Shown: positions 18,886-28,713, counted from the stretch's first letter. The stretch is 64,000 nucleotides of DNA from an uncultured Myxococcales bacterium (GCA_964463485.1 CAYXDO010000010.1:34105-98104), one strand, 5' to 3'. The notes: a model not told the origin generated them from the sequence alone. Made by a program: numbers and translations.

Positions 18886-20439
18886 GTGCTCGCGACTCTT
18901 CATTCATCTACTCTGATCGGCGTTCGTGCGGATCCCATCGAAATCGAGGTGGAGTTCGCGCAAGGTCTACCGCTGTTCACCATCATCGGACTCGCAGATA
19001 CGGCGGTGCAGGAGGCGCGTTTTCGGATCCAGTGCGCGCTCAGAGCGACCGGAATCGAGATTCCGAGAAAACGAGTGACGCTGAATCTCGCGCCGGCCTC
19101 GATCAGAAAAGACGGCGCCGCGCTGGATCTGCCGATGGCCCTCGGTCTGTTGGTCGCTGCGGAGCGACTCGCGCCAGAGTGTCTTACCGGAACCCTCGTG
19201 CTCGGCGAGCTCGCGCTCTCCGGCGCCGTTCGTCCGGTCCGAGGGATCGTATCGGCGGCCGCGCTCGCTCGAAGGCTCGGCCTGAGTCGCATCATCGTGC
19301 CTCCTGAAAACGCGGCCGAAGCTCTCGCCGTCGGAGGGCTCGAAGTATTGGCGCCCAAGGATCTGGGCGCACTCATGGACCACCTCGAGGGTCGCCAAGC
19401 GCTCGGTGCACCAACGATCACGACACCCCGACCCATGATCACGTCGTCGCTGGATCTCAGCGACATTCGAGGTCAGGCCGGAGCTCGAAGAGCGCTGGAA
19501 ATCGCCGCAGCCGGAGGTCACAACGTCTTGTTCGTGGGTCCACCCGGCAGCGGAAAGACGATGCTCGCGCGAAGGCTCCCCGGAATCCTTCCTCCGATGA
19601 CCCATGCCGAGCAGATCGAGGTGACCGAGGTCTGGTCAGCCGCGGGCCTCACCATGAATGGGCATGGTCTGGTCACCGAGCGTCCGTTTCGAGCGCCTCA
19701 TCCGAGTATCAGCGAGGCTGGTCTCGTCGGCGGCGGACCCACCGTTCGACCGGGCGAGATTTCGCTGTCGCATCGAGGCGTGCTGTTTCTAGACGAGATG
19801 CCCGAGATCCCGAGGCGCGTGCTCGAAGCGTTGCGACAACCGCTCGAAGATCGAGAGGTCGTGATCTCGCGCGCGCGACAGTTCGTGAGGCTGCCGGCCG
19901 CGTTCCAACTCGTGGCGGCAGCCAACCCATGTCCTTGCGGATGGTTCGGTGACGCGCTTCGAAGCTGTCGCTGCTCGGCGATCGACGTACAGAAGTATGC
20001 GGGCCGCATCTCCGGGCCGCTCATCGATCGCATCGACCTGGTCGTTTCGGTGGAGACCTTGGCTCCCGCTGAGATCCTGACCGAGCGGGTTCGTTGGGAC
20101 TCCGACGATTCCTCTCGAGTGCGGGCGCGCGTGACTCGCGCGCGTGAGCTCGCGTTCGCTCGCGGCGTGCGAGAGAACGCGTCACTCACGCGAGCTCGGC
20201 TGGAGTCGAGCGGAACGGTCACGAGCGGGGCGCGAGACACGCTCACGCGGGCCGCCGAGAAGCTGCGATTGTCCGCGCGAGTCATCGACAGAGTGCTGAA
20301 GATCGGCCGTACGATCGCGGATCTCTCTTCGGAGTCGGAGGTCCGGGAGTCGGCGATTCTAGAAGCGCTGACCTACCGCGCGCCGTCTTCGTGGGCGAGC
20401 GGGTCACGGACGACTTCGGACGTCGGGCTGAGTCGATGA
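18886..20439 (+). CDS. comM: YifB/ComM family Mg-chelatase-like AAA+ ATPase
   Basis: GTG start giving (M)LATLHSSTLIGVRADPIEIEVEF, a canonical ComM N-terminus. Lon-like domain, Walker A VGPPGSGKTMLA, and ChlI-type C-terminus. The ORF-track upstream extension to 18571 is non-coding repeat DNA. Confidence 0.85.
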   Translation: MLATLHSSTLIGVRADPIEIEVEFAQGLPLFTIIGLADTAVQEARFRIQCALRATGIEIPRKRVTLNLAPASIRKDGAALDLPMALGLLVAAERLAPECLTGTLVLGELALSGAVRPVRGIVSAAALARRLGLSRIIVPPENAAEALAVGGLEVLAPKDLGALMDHLEGRQALGAPTITTPRPMITSSLDLSDIRGQAGARRALEIAAAGGHNVLFVGPPGSGKTMLARRLPGILPPMTHAEQIEVTEVWSAAGLTMNGHGLVTERPFRAPHPSISEAGLVGGGPTVRPGEISLSHRGVLFLDEMPEIPRRVLEALRQPLEDREVVISRARQFVRLPAAFQLVAAANPCPCGWFGDALRSCRCSAIDVQKYAGRISGPLIDRIDLVVSVETLAPAEILTERVRWDSDDSSRVRARVTRARELAFARGVRENASLTRARLESSGTVTSGARDTLTRAAEKLRLSARVIDRVLKIGRTIADLSSESEVRESAILEALTYRAPSSWASGSRTTSDVGLSR

Positions 20440-20597
20440 GGATCTCCCGTCGACGGTCCTCGAGCGGGACTTCCTCGTTCACCTGATCGGATGTTGAGTA
20501 TTGAGTATGAATCTGCGGGTGAATCCGTCCGTGTGGTGAATGATAGAGTGGTGCTTCGCCGTGAGCACGGAGGTGTTGTGCAAGTTGGAGAGATGGA

Positions 20598-20627
20598 CGT
20601 GCCGACACGGCTCGCGCCGTCGGCACG
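20598..20627. terminator. GC-rich hairpin between convergent comM and AT-hook gene (candidate bidirectional terminator)
   Basis: cgtgccgacacggc-tcgc-gccgtcggcacg: about a 12-bp stem with a 2-nt bulge. No U-tract. Confidence 0.35.
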
Positions 20628-20718
20628 GGAGTGAGGACAAAGGGTGAGGCTCGACCTTGGAGGTCGACTCAGAAGTCTCGGGAAGGAAGTCAGTGGCCGG
20701 GAATGTCCCGACTACAAC

Positions 20719-21114
20719 TCAGCCCTGTTTCTTCTTGCGGCGCGCTTCCCACATCTTGCGGGCGCGCTCGGCGGCCTGGCGGCGGGACTCTTCGCTCCAA
20801 TTCGGCTTCTTGCGGTCACCCTCGGACGCCGAGGCGACCTCCTGAGTCTTGGCGGGCTTCTCTTCGGCCTTGGAGCGCTTGCGCGGAGCCTTGGGGGGCA
20901 CGGGCTTGGCCTCGACCGCGGCCTTCGGCGGACGTCCGGGCTTCTTTCCCGAACCCTTCGGCCGACCGGGGCCGCGCTTCACCGGCGCGTCACCCTTGAG
21001 AGCTCCGACGAGACTCTCGAGTGCCTTGATGTGACCATCGAGTTGCGTACGCTCGCTGCGGAACTTTTCGAGTACCGCCGCGAGGTCCTTGGTGGTTTGT
21101 GCGAGTGCGGACAT
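20719..21114 (-). CDS. Small coiled-coil / AT-hook DNA-binding protein (paralog of 23011..23301)
   Basis: N-terminal heptad-like segment. AT-hook-like GRPKGSGKKPGRPPK. Conserved C-terminal motif WSEESRRQAAERARKMWEARRK shared with the 23011..23301 protein. Confidence 0.7.
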   Translation of the reverse strand: MSALAQTTKDLAAVLEKFRSERTQLDGHIKALESLVGALKGDAPVKRGPGRPKGSGKKPGRPPKAAVEAKPVPPKAPRKRSKAEEKPAKTQEVASASEGDRKKPNWSEESRRQAAERARKMWEARRKKKQG

Positions 21115-21161
21115 GTTGTGGCGTTATCGCATGCTCAGATCGATCTCGCAATGACTCTCGA

Positions 21162-21180
21162 TCGATTAATCGAAAAAAAA
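21162..21180. promoter_or_regulatory. Perfect 12-bp palindrome TCGATTAATCGA followed by an A8 tract in the promoter region of the AT-hook gene
   Basis: Read directly. Lies 48-66 nt upstream of the minus-strand start at 21114. Confidence 0.4.
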
Positions 21181-21502
21181 TTCTCGAGAACGGATCGGTC
21201 GACGGATCGGAGGACCGACCCTCGGCGAATTTTCGAGCCTCTAGGGATCGTTTCTAGGGATTCTCGGACCGCCATGGCCCATTCCGGGTCGGCCGCCTCG
21301 AACTCGCAGATCGCTCCGTTCTCATCGTTTGAATCATTCTGTGCCCGAATTCGAGGGTAGATGACTGGGCCCTTGGGACCTTCTGGATCCGGCGTCGACG
21401 CCTGCGATCGATCTCAGGCGGCTCGCGACGCCTCCGAAAAGGGGAGGACGGGGAAATTTTCCGCGAGAACCACGACGCCACCCGAGGCGGAGTTGGCGAT
21501 CT

Positions 21503-21535
21503 CATGACGCACTCCGCATGACGCACTCCGCATGA
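21503..21535. repeat. Tandem repeat 2.3 x CATGACGCACTCCG upstream of recA
   Basis: catgacgcactccg catgacgcactccg catga. Confidence 0.7.
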
Positions 21536-21543
21536 ATTTCGTG

Positions 21544-21579
21544 AAAAGCGTTTTCGGATCATCGTCCGAAATTCGGACG
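21544..21579. promoter_or_regulatory. Two adjacent palindromes upstream of recA: GAAAAGCGTTTTC and CGTCCGAAATTCGGACG (17-bp perfect inverted repeat)
   Basis: Read directly. About 145 nt upstream of the recA ATG. Shares CGTCCGAAA(A/T)T with the comM upstream region. Confidence 0.5.
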
Positions 21580-21723
21580 TCGGAGGGCCGGGCGCGCGCG
21601 CTTTCGACCTCGCTCGAGCGGCACGTGAGTTGCGAAGGGGCGAGGAGTTCGCGGCGGATCTCCGGGGTCGGCGCAATTCCGCGCCTTCGCTTTCGGGTCA
21701 GGGTCCGTCGCCTGGGAGTTCAT

Positions 21724-22860
21724 ATGTCGATGAAGGACAAGCTCAAGACGGTCGCGCAAGCCATGGGGGAGATCGAAAAGCAGTTCGGGCGAGGTGCGAT
21801 CATGTGGCTCGGCGGGGAGAGCTCGACGGTGCAGGGTTCGGTTTCGGTGATCCCGAGTGGGTCGGTGGGAGTGGATCGCGCGCTCGGCGTCGGCGGCCTC
21901 CCGCGCGGGCGAATCGTAGAAGTCTTCGGTCCGGAGTCGTCCGGAAAGACCACCTTCGCGCTCCACGCGATCGCCGAGGTACAGAAATTGGGCGGAATCG
22001 CCGCCTTCATCGACGCGGAGCACGCGCTCGATCCGAGGTACGCCAGGTCGCTCGGGATCGACCTCGAGAGGTTGTTGGTATCTCAGCCGGACTCCGGTGA
22101 GCAGGCGCTCGAGATCTGCGAGAGCCTGGTGAGGAGCTCCGCGGTCGATCTCATCGTGGTGGACTCCGTCGCGGCCTTGGTGCCCAAGGCCGAGCTCGAG
22201 GGGAGCATGGGCGACGCGCACGTCGGGCTCCAGGCTAGGCTGATGTCGCAAGCCATGCGGAAGCTCACCGGTCAGATCTCGAAGACCGGCTCGTCGATCC
22301 TCTTCATCAATCAGACTCGGCAGAAAATCGGCGTGATGTTCGGCTCGCCGGAGACGACGACGGGAGGCACCGCGCTGAAATTCTACGCGTCGGTGAGGTT
22401 GGAAGTTCGGCGGATCGGCACGGTCAAAGACGGAGAGGTCGTGACTGGCAGTCGCGTTCGCGCGAAGGTGGTGAAGAACAAGTTGGCGCCGCCCTTTCGG
22501 GAGGCCGAGTTCGACATCATGTACGGCGGCGGGATCTCCACCGCGTGCGAGTTGTTGGACATGGGCGTCGAGCGTGGCCTCGTAGAGAAGTCAGGCGCGT
22601 GGTACTCCTTGCTCGACACGCGCATCGGCCAGGGTCGGGAGCGCTCCCGAGTCTGGCTCGAGCAGCGTCCCGTCCTCATGGAGAGACTGCGCACCGCGCT
22701 GTTGTCCGAAGACCTCGACCGCTCCGTGCTCGGGTCGCCGACCTCCTGGGAGCCCGAGGCCACCCCGGAAGGCGACTCAAGCGCTGCGAAGCCAGATGCT
22801 CCCGTCGGTCGCAACGGAGTCTTCTCCGAAGTCTCCTCGATGACTGCGCAGGCTTCTTGA
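21724..22860 (+). CDS. recA: Recombinase RecA
   Basis: [30 protein letters not shown]...GPESSGKTT...[22 protein letters not shown] is unmistakable RecA. The ORF-track N-terminal extension from 21532 is rejected. Confidence 0.95.
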   Translation: MSMKDKLKTVAQAMGEIEKQFGRGAIMWLGGESSTVQGSVSVIPSGSVGVDRALGVGGLPRGRIVEVFGPESSGKTTFALHAIAEVQKLGGIAAFIDAEHALDPRYARSLGIDLERLLVSQPDSGEQALEICESLVRSSAVDLIVVDSVAALVPKAELEGSMGDAHVGLQARLMSQAMRKLTGQISKTGSSILFINQTRQKIGVMFGSPETTTGGTALKFYASVRLEVRRIGTVKDGEVVTGSRVRAKVVKNKLAPPFREAEFDIMYGGGISTACELLDMGVERGLVEKSGAWYSLLDTRIGQGRERSRVWLEQRPVLMERLRTALLSEDLDRSVLGSPTSWEPEATPEGDSSAAKPDAPVGRNGVFSEVSSMTAQAS

Positions 22861-23010
22861 AGCGCTCCTCGCTCGGCAAGTCGTGAGGAGGATTGGATTG
22901 CTTCGTTCGGACGAGAGGAGAAATTTCGCTGCGTCAGCGACCGGACCAACTCGCCCAGTCAAAGACCAAGCGAACTTTCCGACCGAGTCCGAGCGCAGCG
23001 ACGAACCAAT

Positions 23011-23301
23011 TCACGCGTCCGCTTTGCGGCGCGCTTCCCACATTCGACGGGAACGCTCGGCAGCCTGACGGCGAGCCTCCTCGCTCCAGACCGGCCTCTT
23101 TCGCGACTTCGCCGGAGCCTCGGCCGGAGCCGCAACCGCTACGACCGCCTTCGGCTTGCGACCGCGCTTCTTCGGCGCGGCTTCCGCCGAGCTCGCTTTG
23201 GCGCCGGTGAACGCACCAATCTGTTGATCCATGGCCCGAGCCTCAGCTCGGAGTACTTCGAGTGCTCTCTCGAGCACGGGGACGACATCATCGAACCGCA
23301 T
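23011..23301 (-). CDS. Small coiled-coil / basic DNA-binding protein (paralog of 20719..21114)
   Basis: KKRGRKPK basic motif. C-terminal WSEEARRQAAERSRRMWEARRK. About 80% nucleotide identity with the 3' end of 20719..21114. Confidence 0.65.
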   Translation of the reverse strand: MRFDDVVPVLERALEVLRAEARAMDQQIGAFTGAKASSAEAAPKKRGRKPKAVVAVAAPAEAPAKSRKRPVWSEEARRQAAERSRRMWEARRKADA

Positions 23302-23555
23302 GAAGACGCACTAACCTCATTTAGGGTCGAATCGCAATGGCTTCGTTTGGGTGAGATCATTTTTTTTTCATTTCCGGTGCGATCCACTCCAGGCCGGGAG
23401 TCATCGCCGGCCTCATCCGGGAGCCACCGGCATGGGTCGCGCGGAGTCAGCCGAGCTACGATCGCTCGAAAGAGGAGTTTCGAGTCATTTCCCGAACGCT
23501 TTGGTTCGAATCAGACAAACCTTGCCTCCAGAGCCCAGTGAGTGACCGCCGGATC

Positions 23556-24722
23556 TCAGGTCAGGCCACCCGAAGGGTTCGCGCCGCCGAGGAGCTCGCG
23601 GGCCACCACCATGCGCTGGATTTGGGACGTACCTTCGTAGATTTGGATGAGCTTTGCGTCCCGCATCAGCTTCTCCACCGGGTACTCGCGGCTGTACCCA
23701 TAGCCGCCAAACACCTGGACCGCGTTCGTGGCGATTTCCATCCCAAAGTCCGCCGCGAGCGCCTTGGCGTACGAGCTAATCAAGGTGTTCCGCTCGCCTC
23801 GATCCAAGATCCACGCGGACTGAAAGACCAACAGACGAGCCGCTTGGAGCTTCATCGCCATTTCCGCGATCATGAACTGGATCGCTTGGAACTGAGCGAT
23901 CGGTTGGCCAAACGCCTTCCTCTCCTGACTGTAGGCCGCCGCGTGCTCCATGGCCTTGCGCGCGATACCCACGGCGAACGCCGCCGTCAGCGGCCGCGAA
24001 CAATCCAACGTCTTCATGGCGAGCTTGAAACCCTCGCCTTCCAAACCGATCCGATTCGATTTCGGAACTCGGACCTCATCGAAGGTCAGACCAATCGTGT
24101 CCGACGCATTCTGACCCATTTTACGCTCGGGCTTCCCGCGAGAAATGCCCGCCGCGTCGCCTGGAACGACCACGCACGTGATTCCCTTGTGACCAGACGC
24201 GGGATCAGTCTTGCCGAACAGCGTGAACTGCTCGGCATACGACCCATTCGTGATCCACATCTTCGAACCCGAGATCACGTACTCGTCGCCGTCCGATCGA
24301 ATCGTGGTCTTCATGCCGGCGACATCCGAGCCGGCGTTGGGTTCGGTCAGCGCGAAGCTCGCAAACACCGGCTTCTCGGTGAAGGGTCGCACGAATCGCT
24401 CCTTTTGCTCGGCTGTCGCTCCAAGCAGGATCGGAAGGAGCGCCAAGTCGTTGGCGATCATCGAAGTCGCCATTCCGACACATCCGGCGGCGAGCTCCTC
24501 GGCCACGACGACTTCGCTGACTACGTCGAGGCCGACTCCGCCGAGCTCCGCCGGAACGCCGAGGTTGAGGAGTCCGAGTCCGTGAGCCTGCTCGAACACC
24601 TCCTTCGGGAATCGGTGGTTCTCGTCGCACTCGGCAGCGACCGGAGTCATGACTTCGTTCGCGAACTGTCGCGCGACGCGCTGAAGCTCCTTTTGTTCGG
24701 GGGTGAGGGAGAAGTCGATCAT
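23556..24722 (-). CDS. Acyl-CoA dehydrogenase (short/medium-chain type)
   Basis: Full-length ACAD fold: ...[17 protein letters not shown]...GSKMWITNG...[34 protein letters not shown]. Confidence 0.9.
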   Translation of the reverse strand: MIDFSLTPEQKELQRVARQFANEVMTPVAAECDENHRFPKEVFEQAHGLGLLNLGVPAELGGVGLDVVSEVVVAEELAAGCVGMATSMIANDLALLPILLGATAEQKERFVRPFTEKPVFASFALTEPNAGSDVAGMKTTIRSDGDEYVISGSKMWITNGSYAEQFTLFGKTDPASGHKGITCVVVPGDAAGISRGKPERKMGQNASDTIGLTFDEVRVPKSNRIGLEGEGFKLAMKTLDCSRPLTAAFAVGIARKAMEHAAAYSQERKAFGQPIAQFQAIQFMIAEMAMKLQAARLLVFQSAWILDRGERNTLISSYAKALAADFGMEIATNAVQVFGGYGYSREYPVEKLMRDAKLIQIYEGTSQIQRMVVARELLGGANPSGGLT

Positions 24723-24859
24723 GCCCCGTGTCTATTACAGGACTCGATCGGAATCGATCGGACGATCGAGTGTGCGACGATTGATCTCGCGAAGCCGAGT
24801 TCGATCTTGGTCGACGACACGCGAAAGGTCGGCGGATCGCCAGCCGCCGCTGCACTCCT

Positions 24860-25564
24860 TCAACTGGGTGGCACGTTCGGGTCGCGCCGGGTCAGGCCCG
24901 CGAGGATGAAGTCGGAGATCTCATCGGCGACTTCGAAGAGAGCCCGGCGGGGCCGTGACGCGTCGAGCACCCAGCTCAAAGAGATCTCGTCGATCGCTCC
25001 GAACAGAGCTCGCGCGATGACCGGAGGATGGAGTGACTTCCGAAAAACCCCGGCGGATTGACCTTCGTCGATGATGGACGAGAGGAGCGCGAGGTATCGC
25101 GCGAAACCAAGCGCGGCTCCAGAGGCCCTCAAGAACCGCGCACTCTGCCGAATCTCCACGGTGAGAATTTGCATGAGCTTCGGCTGCTGCTCGACCAGCG
25201 CGAGGTGCTCGGACACATATCGGCGGATCTTGGCTTCGGGGGACGCGGGCTCCGAGGCAATCGCAGAGAGGCGCGCAACGATTTCGCTCATCTTCTCTCG
25301 AAACAACGACAGCAGGAGATCGTCCTTGGACTTGAAATAGAGATAGATAGTACCGTCCGCGACTCCCGCGCGCTCCGCCACGTCACATACTCGGGCCCCA
25401 AAGAATCCTTGCTCCGCGAACACCTCGACCGCTGCTTCGATGATGCGCTGTCGGGTGTCTTCCTTCGAGGTACGTTTGATCGTCACTTTGTGGCCCGGCT
25501 CTCTGTCGCTCCGTCCGAGCGCGGGAGTCAATCGCCTGTGCTTCTCTGCAGACTCAACGGCCAT
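24860..25564 (-). CDS. TetR family transcriptional regulator
   Basis: HTH TRQRIIEAAVEVFAEQGFFGARVCDVAERAGVADGTIYLYFKSKDDLL. Start taken at MAVESAEK. Confidence 0.8.
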   Translation of the reverse strand: MAVESAEKHRRLTPALGRSDREPGHKVTIKRTSKEDTRQRIIEAAVEVFAEQGFFGARVCDVAERAGVADGTIYLYFKSKDDLLLSLFREKMSEIVARLSAIASEPASPEAKIRRYVSEHLALVEQQPKLMQILTVEIRQSARFLRASGAALGFARYLALLSSIIDEGQSAGVFRKSLHPPVIARALFGAIDEISLSWVLDASRPRRALFEVADEISDFILAGLTRRDPNVPPS

Positions 25565-26204
25565 ACGAGAGGGAGACCTGAAAGCCCTCAAAGGTCTCTG
25601 CTCCGTGGCGAGTCGATGAAAATCCGATCCGGCCGAAGCCCGAAACCGTGGCCTCGAGCCCAACTCGGACGCTCACTGCGAAGTCCCGCGCATCATCGGA
25701 GAGATACAGCAGAGGAGTCAGCAGGACGGCGAACAACGGTCGGACCGGCCAAAGAGGCCAAGTCAGCTCGGCCCCGAGCTCCACCGGCAAGATGAACTGC
25801 GGATTCAGAGATGGGTCGACGATCGTCCGAACCACCTCGAGCCCAAACAGCACGAAGAGCGGCCCGAACGTATGAATGCGAACGTCGAAGCCCGCTCCGA
25901 TTCCGAGCTCCTCGGATACGTCCGGCGAGCACACGTTCTGCCCGAGGCAGGCGCGGAGCGGCCGATCGAAGATCCCAGTCCAGACACTCAGCTTGGGCTC
26001 TGCAGCCACGGCCGGAGGGTACGGGGCGTCCGCGGGTCGAGCTTGCCAAGGTTCGGCGGCCGACGTTCGCGCACCCACCAGAGCGGTCAGCGCGAAGAAG
26101 ATACATCCGCGGAGCGTCACCAAGAGCTCACGCCGGAAGCGACAGCAGCACCCGAACCGACTTCGAGACGGAGTCGAACAACTCGCTCGAAACGGCCTTC
26201 CCAT
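25554..26204 (-). CDS. Hypothetical secreted protein (start uncertain)
   Basis: Hydrophobic signal-like segment LVTLRGCIFFALTALVGARTSAAEP. No recognised domain. The start may be an internal GTG/TTG. Confidence 0.4.
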   Translation of the reverse strand: MGRPFRASCSTPSRSRFGCCCRFRRELLVTLRGCIFFALTALVGARTSAAEPWQARPADAPYPPAVAAEPKLSVWTGIFDRPLRACLGQNVCSPDVSEELGIGAGFDVRIHTFGPLFVLFGLEVVRTIVDPSLNPQFILPVELGAELTWPLWPVRPLFAVLLTPLLYLSDDARDFAVSVRVGLEATVSGFGRIGFSSTRHGAETFEGFQVSLSYGR

Positions 26205-26736
26205 CCAGAAAGCCTTGAACGAAGAGTCCGTCGAAGAGCGCCAAGATCATCGCGGCGAGGTGCTCGGGAGGGATCTTTGGTTGGAAGTGCCCACTTTCGA
26301 TTCCGGCCTGGACGACCATCCCGATCGACGATCGGTATCCAAGGTACATCTTCTGAAACCGCTGCTTCACCTTCTCGTTGGCGTCGGCCGTTTCGAGGAG
26401 CAGTCCCAGCAACAAGCGCAAGGTGTCCGGGCGTTCCACCGCCAATACTCGGTACTGCTCGAACAACTTCATGAGCTGAAGCACTGGGTCGGGTTGCGCG
26501 AGAATTTGAGCTCCGGCCTCGACTTCCCAGTCGCTCATCGCTCGGTCCACGACTGTGAAGAGCAGATCTTCCTTGTTCTCGAAATGCCAGAAGATGGAGC
26601 TCTTGCTGGTCTCTGCCTCCTTGGCGATGAGGTCGAGTGATGTGCCCGCGTACCCCCGGGTCGCAAACAGGCGAGTCGTGACGTCGACGATCGCTTGGCG
26701 GGTCTGCTGACCCTGGTCCTTTTTTGGGCGTTGCAC
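26128..26736 (-). CDS. TetR family transcriptional regulator
   Basis: TRQAIVDVTTRLFATRGYAGTSLDLIAKEAETSKSSIFWHFENKEDLL. Confidence 0.8.
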   Translation of the reverse strand: MQRPKKDQGQQTRQAIVDVTTRLFATRGYAGTSLDLIAKEAETSKSSIFWHFENKEDLLFTVVDRAMSDWEVEAGAQILAQPDPVLQLMKLFEQYRVLAVERPDTLRLLLGLLLETADANEKVKQRFQKMYLGYRSSIGMVVQAGIESGHFQPKIPPEHLAAMILALFDGLFVQGFLDGKAVSSELFDSVSKSVRVLLSLPA

Positions 26737-26813
26737 TCTAGTTTCTGTACCAAGTGGTCAGTCGAGAGACAAGGAGGCTCGACTCGAGACCGCTTCCTCG
26801 GTAGTCGGTCTTC

Positions 26814-27866
26814 GTGTCCAAACGATGGAAAGCCGCCCTGATCGGCGGGAGTGGGTACGGAGGCGGCGAGATCATTCGCCGGCTCGCGATTCATCCGGAT
26901 GTGGAGCTCATCCGGGTCGCGAGTATCGATTTCGTCGGGGAGCCGGTCTCGGCGGCCCATCCGAACCTCGAAGGTCTCTCCGAGCTTCGGTTCGAGAATC
27001 TCTCGGCCAAGGAAGCGGCGGCCGGAGCGGACGTAGTGTTCCTGGGTCTGCCGCACAAAGTGTCGGCCCACAAGGTCGCCGAGCTGGTGGAGCTCGGCGT
27101 GCGCATCATCGATCTCTCTGGAGACTTCAGGCTGAAGGACGTCGCCGCCTACGAAAAGTACTACGGAACCCAACATCCTTGTCCGGAGCTGGTGACGAGG
27201 TTCGTGTACGGGCTCCCGGAGCTCTTTCGGGAAGAAATTCGAAGCGCCCGGTTCGTCGCATCCCCAGGGTGCTTCGCGACCACCATCCAGCTCGGACTCT
27301 ATCCCATGGCCAAGCAGGGTTGGTTGATCGGCGGGGTGGAGACGGTGGGAATGACGGGGTCGAGCGGCAGCGGAGTGGCTCCGAGCGCGGGCACTCATCA
27401 CCCCGTGCGGGCCGTGAACTTGAAGAGTTACAAGACGTTGGATCACCAACATGTTCCTGAGATCGTGGAGAGTCTCGCGCGCGTGGGCGCGACGAACCTC
27501 GACCTTCGTTTCGTACCCGTCTCGGCCCCACTCTCTCGCGGAATTCTCGCGACCTCCTTCGTCCATGTGGATCTCTCCGTGTCCAAGGAGGCCATCAAGG
27601 AGTCATTCGCGCGCACTTACGAAGGGGAGAAGTTCGTTCGAGCTCCAAAGAAGCGTCAGCCGGAGGTCGCTGCCGTTTCGGGGTCGAACCACGTCGAAGT
27701 GGGAGTGGTCGTCGGCGAAGTGTTCGAAGGAAAGCGCACGGTCACCTGCATCAGCGCCCTCGACAACCTCATCAAAGGGGGCGCGGGCCAGGCGATTCAG
27801 TCCATGAACCTCATGCTCGGTCTCGACGAATCGGCCTCGCTCCAAGACCCAGGGAGCTGGCCATGA
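26814..27866 (+). CDS. argC: N-acetyl-gamma-glutamyl-phosphate reductase
   Basis: GTG start. ALIGGSGYGGGEIIRRL NAD-binding. Catalytic-Cys region SPGCFATTIQLGLYPM. Confidence 0.85.
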   Translation: MSKRWKAALIGGSGYGGGEIIRRLAIHPDVELIRVASIDFVGEPVSAAHPNLEGLSELRFENLSAKEAAAGADVVFLGLPHKVSAHKVAELVELGVRIIDLSGDFRLKDVAAYEKYYGTQHPCPELVTRFVYGLPELFREEIRSARFVASPGCFATTIQLGLYPMAKQGWLIGGVETVGMTGSSGSGVAPSAGTHHPVRAVNLKSYKTLDHQHVPEIVESLARVGATNLDLRFVPVSAPLSRGILATSFVHVDLSVSKEAIKESFARTYEGEKFVRAPKKRQPEVAAVSGSNHVEVGVVVGEVFEGKRTVTCISALDNLIKGGAGQAIQSMNLMLGLDESASLQDPGSWP

Positions 27867-28687
27867 GTCGCACCGTCGTCATCAAATTGGGTGGAGAGCT
27901 GATCTCGTCGGAGCGCGAAGTCGAAGCGCGAGCGATCGCGAAAGATGTCGCGGCGATCGCGAAGACCGATCGGGTCGTGGTGGTACACGGCGGAGGTCCT
28001 CAGACCACGACACTTCAGGAGTCTCTTGGTCAAAAGCCCGTGATCGTCGCGGGCCGACGAGTCACCGATGACGCGGCGCTCGATGCCATCAAGATGATCG
28101 TCGCCGGCAAGCTCAACGTAGATTTGTGCAGTCTCTTGAGGAGCGAAGGGGTGAATGCGGTCGGCCTTCATGGCGTCTCGGGGCGGGTGATCGCAGCAGA
28201 GAAGCGCCCGCCCCGCGTCGTGAGCGGAGGTGGAGACCAGCTGATCGATTTTCTCCACGTCGGTGACGTCGTGGGTCTGAATCGATCGCTGCTCGAGCTC
28301 TTGTCGTCGGCGGGGTACGTGCCGGTGCTCGCTTGCATCGGGAGCGATGCGTCAGGCCGGGCTTACAATATCAACGCGGACGCGGTGGCGTCGGCGGTCG
28401 CCGGGGGCCTCGAGGCGGACGCGCTCGTGTTGGTCACCAATACACCGGGCGTGTTGAAGGACGCCAAGGATCCCTCGACCCGAATGCCCAGGCTATCGGT
28501 CGCGCAAGCGCGTGCGGCCATCGCGGACGGAACGATCGCCGGCGGAATGATTCCGAAAGTCGAGGAAGCGTTTGGCGCGCTCGACAAAGGTGTGAAGAGC
28601 GTCCGCGTCGTGGGCCGGGTCGGGGCGGGAGACCTCGAGCGCGCGCTGCTCGCGGACGGCTCCGCGGGCACGACCTTCGTGCCCTAG
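27863..28687 (+). CDS. argB: Acetylglutamate kinase
   Basis: VVIKLGGELIS...VVVHGGGPQ...amino-acid kinase fold. ATGA overlap with argC. Confidence 0.85.
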   Translation: MSRTVVIKLGGELISSEREVEARAIAKDVAAIAKTDRVVVVHGGGPQTTTLQESLGQKPVIVAGRRVTDDAALDAIKMIVAGKLNVDLCSLLRSEGVNAVGLHGVSGRVIAAEKRPPRVVSGGGDQLIDFLHVGDVVGLNRSLLELLSSAGYVPVLACIGSDASGRAYNINADAVASAVAGGLEADALVLVTNTPGVLKDAKDPSTRMPRLSVAQARAAIADGTIAGGMIPKVEEAFGALDKGVKSVRVVGRVGAGDLERALLADGSAGTTFVP

Positions 28688-28713
28688 GGGTCGCGCTCGA
28701 CGATCGTTTGAGC

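Noticed and set aside
21532-21723. N-terminal 64-aa extension of recA in the ORF track
   Set aside because: RecA homology starts exactly at MSMKDK (21724). The extension covers the palindromic promoter and operator region.
21400-21723. Canonical LexA (SOS) box upstream of recA
   Set aside because: No match to the CTGT-N8-ACAG, CGAACRNRYGTTYC or Myxococcus-type CTRHAMRYBYGTTCAGS boxes. The CGTCCGAAATTCGGACG palindrome is reported as a finding instead.
26814-28687. ArgC/ArgB pair as LysY/LysZ of a LysW-dependent lysine or ornithine pathway
   Set aside because: No lysW/lysX-like small carrier or ligase genes nearby. Called as ordinary argC-argB.
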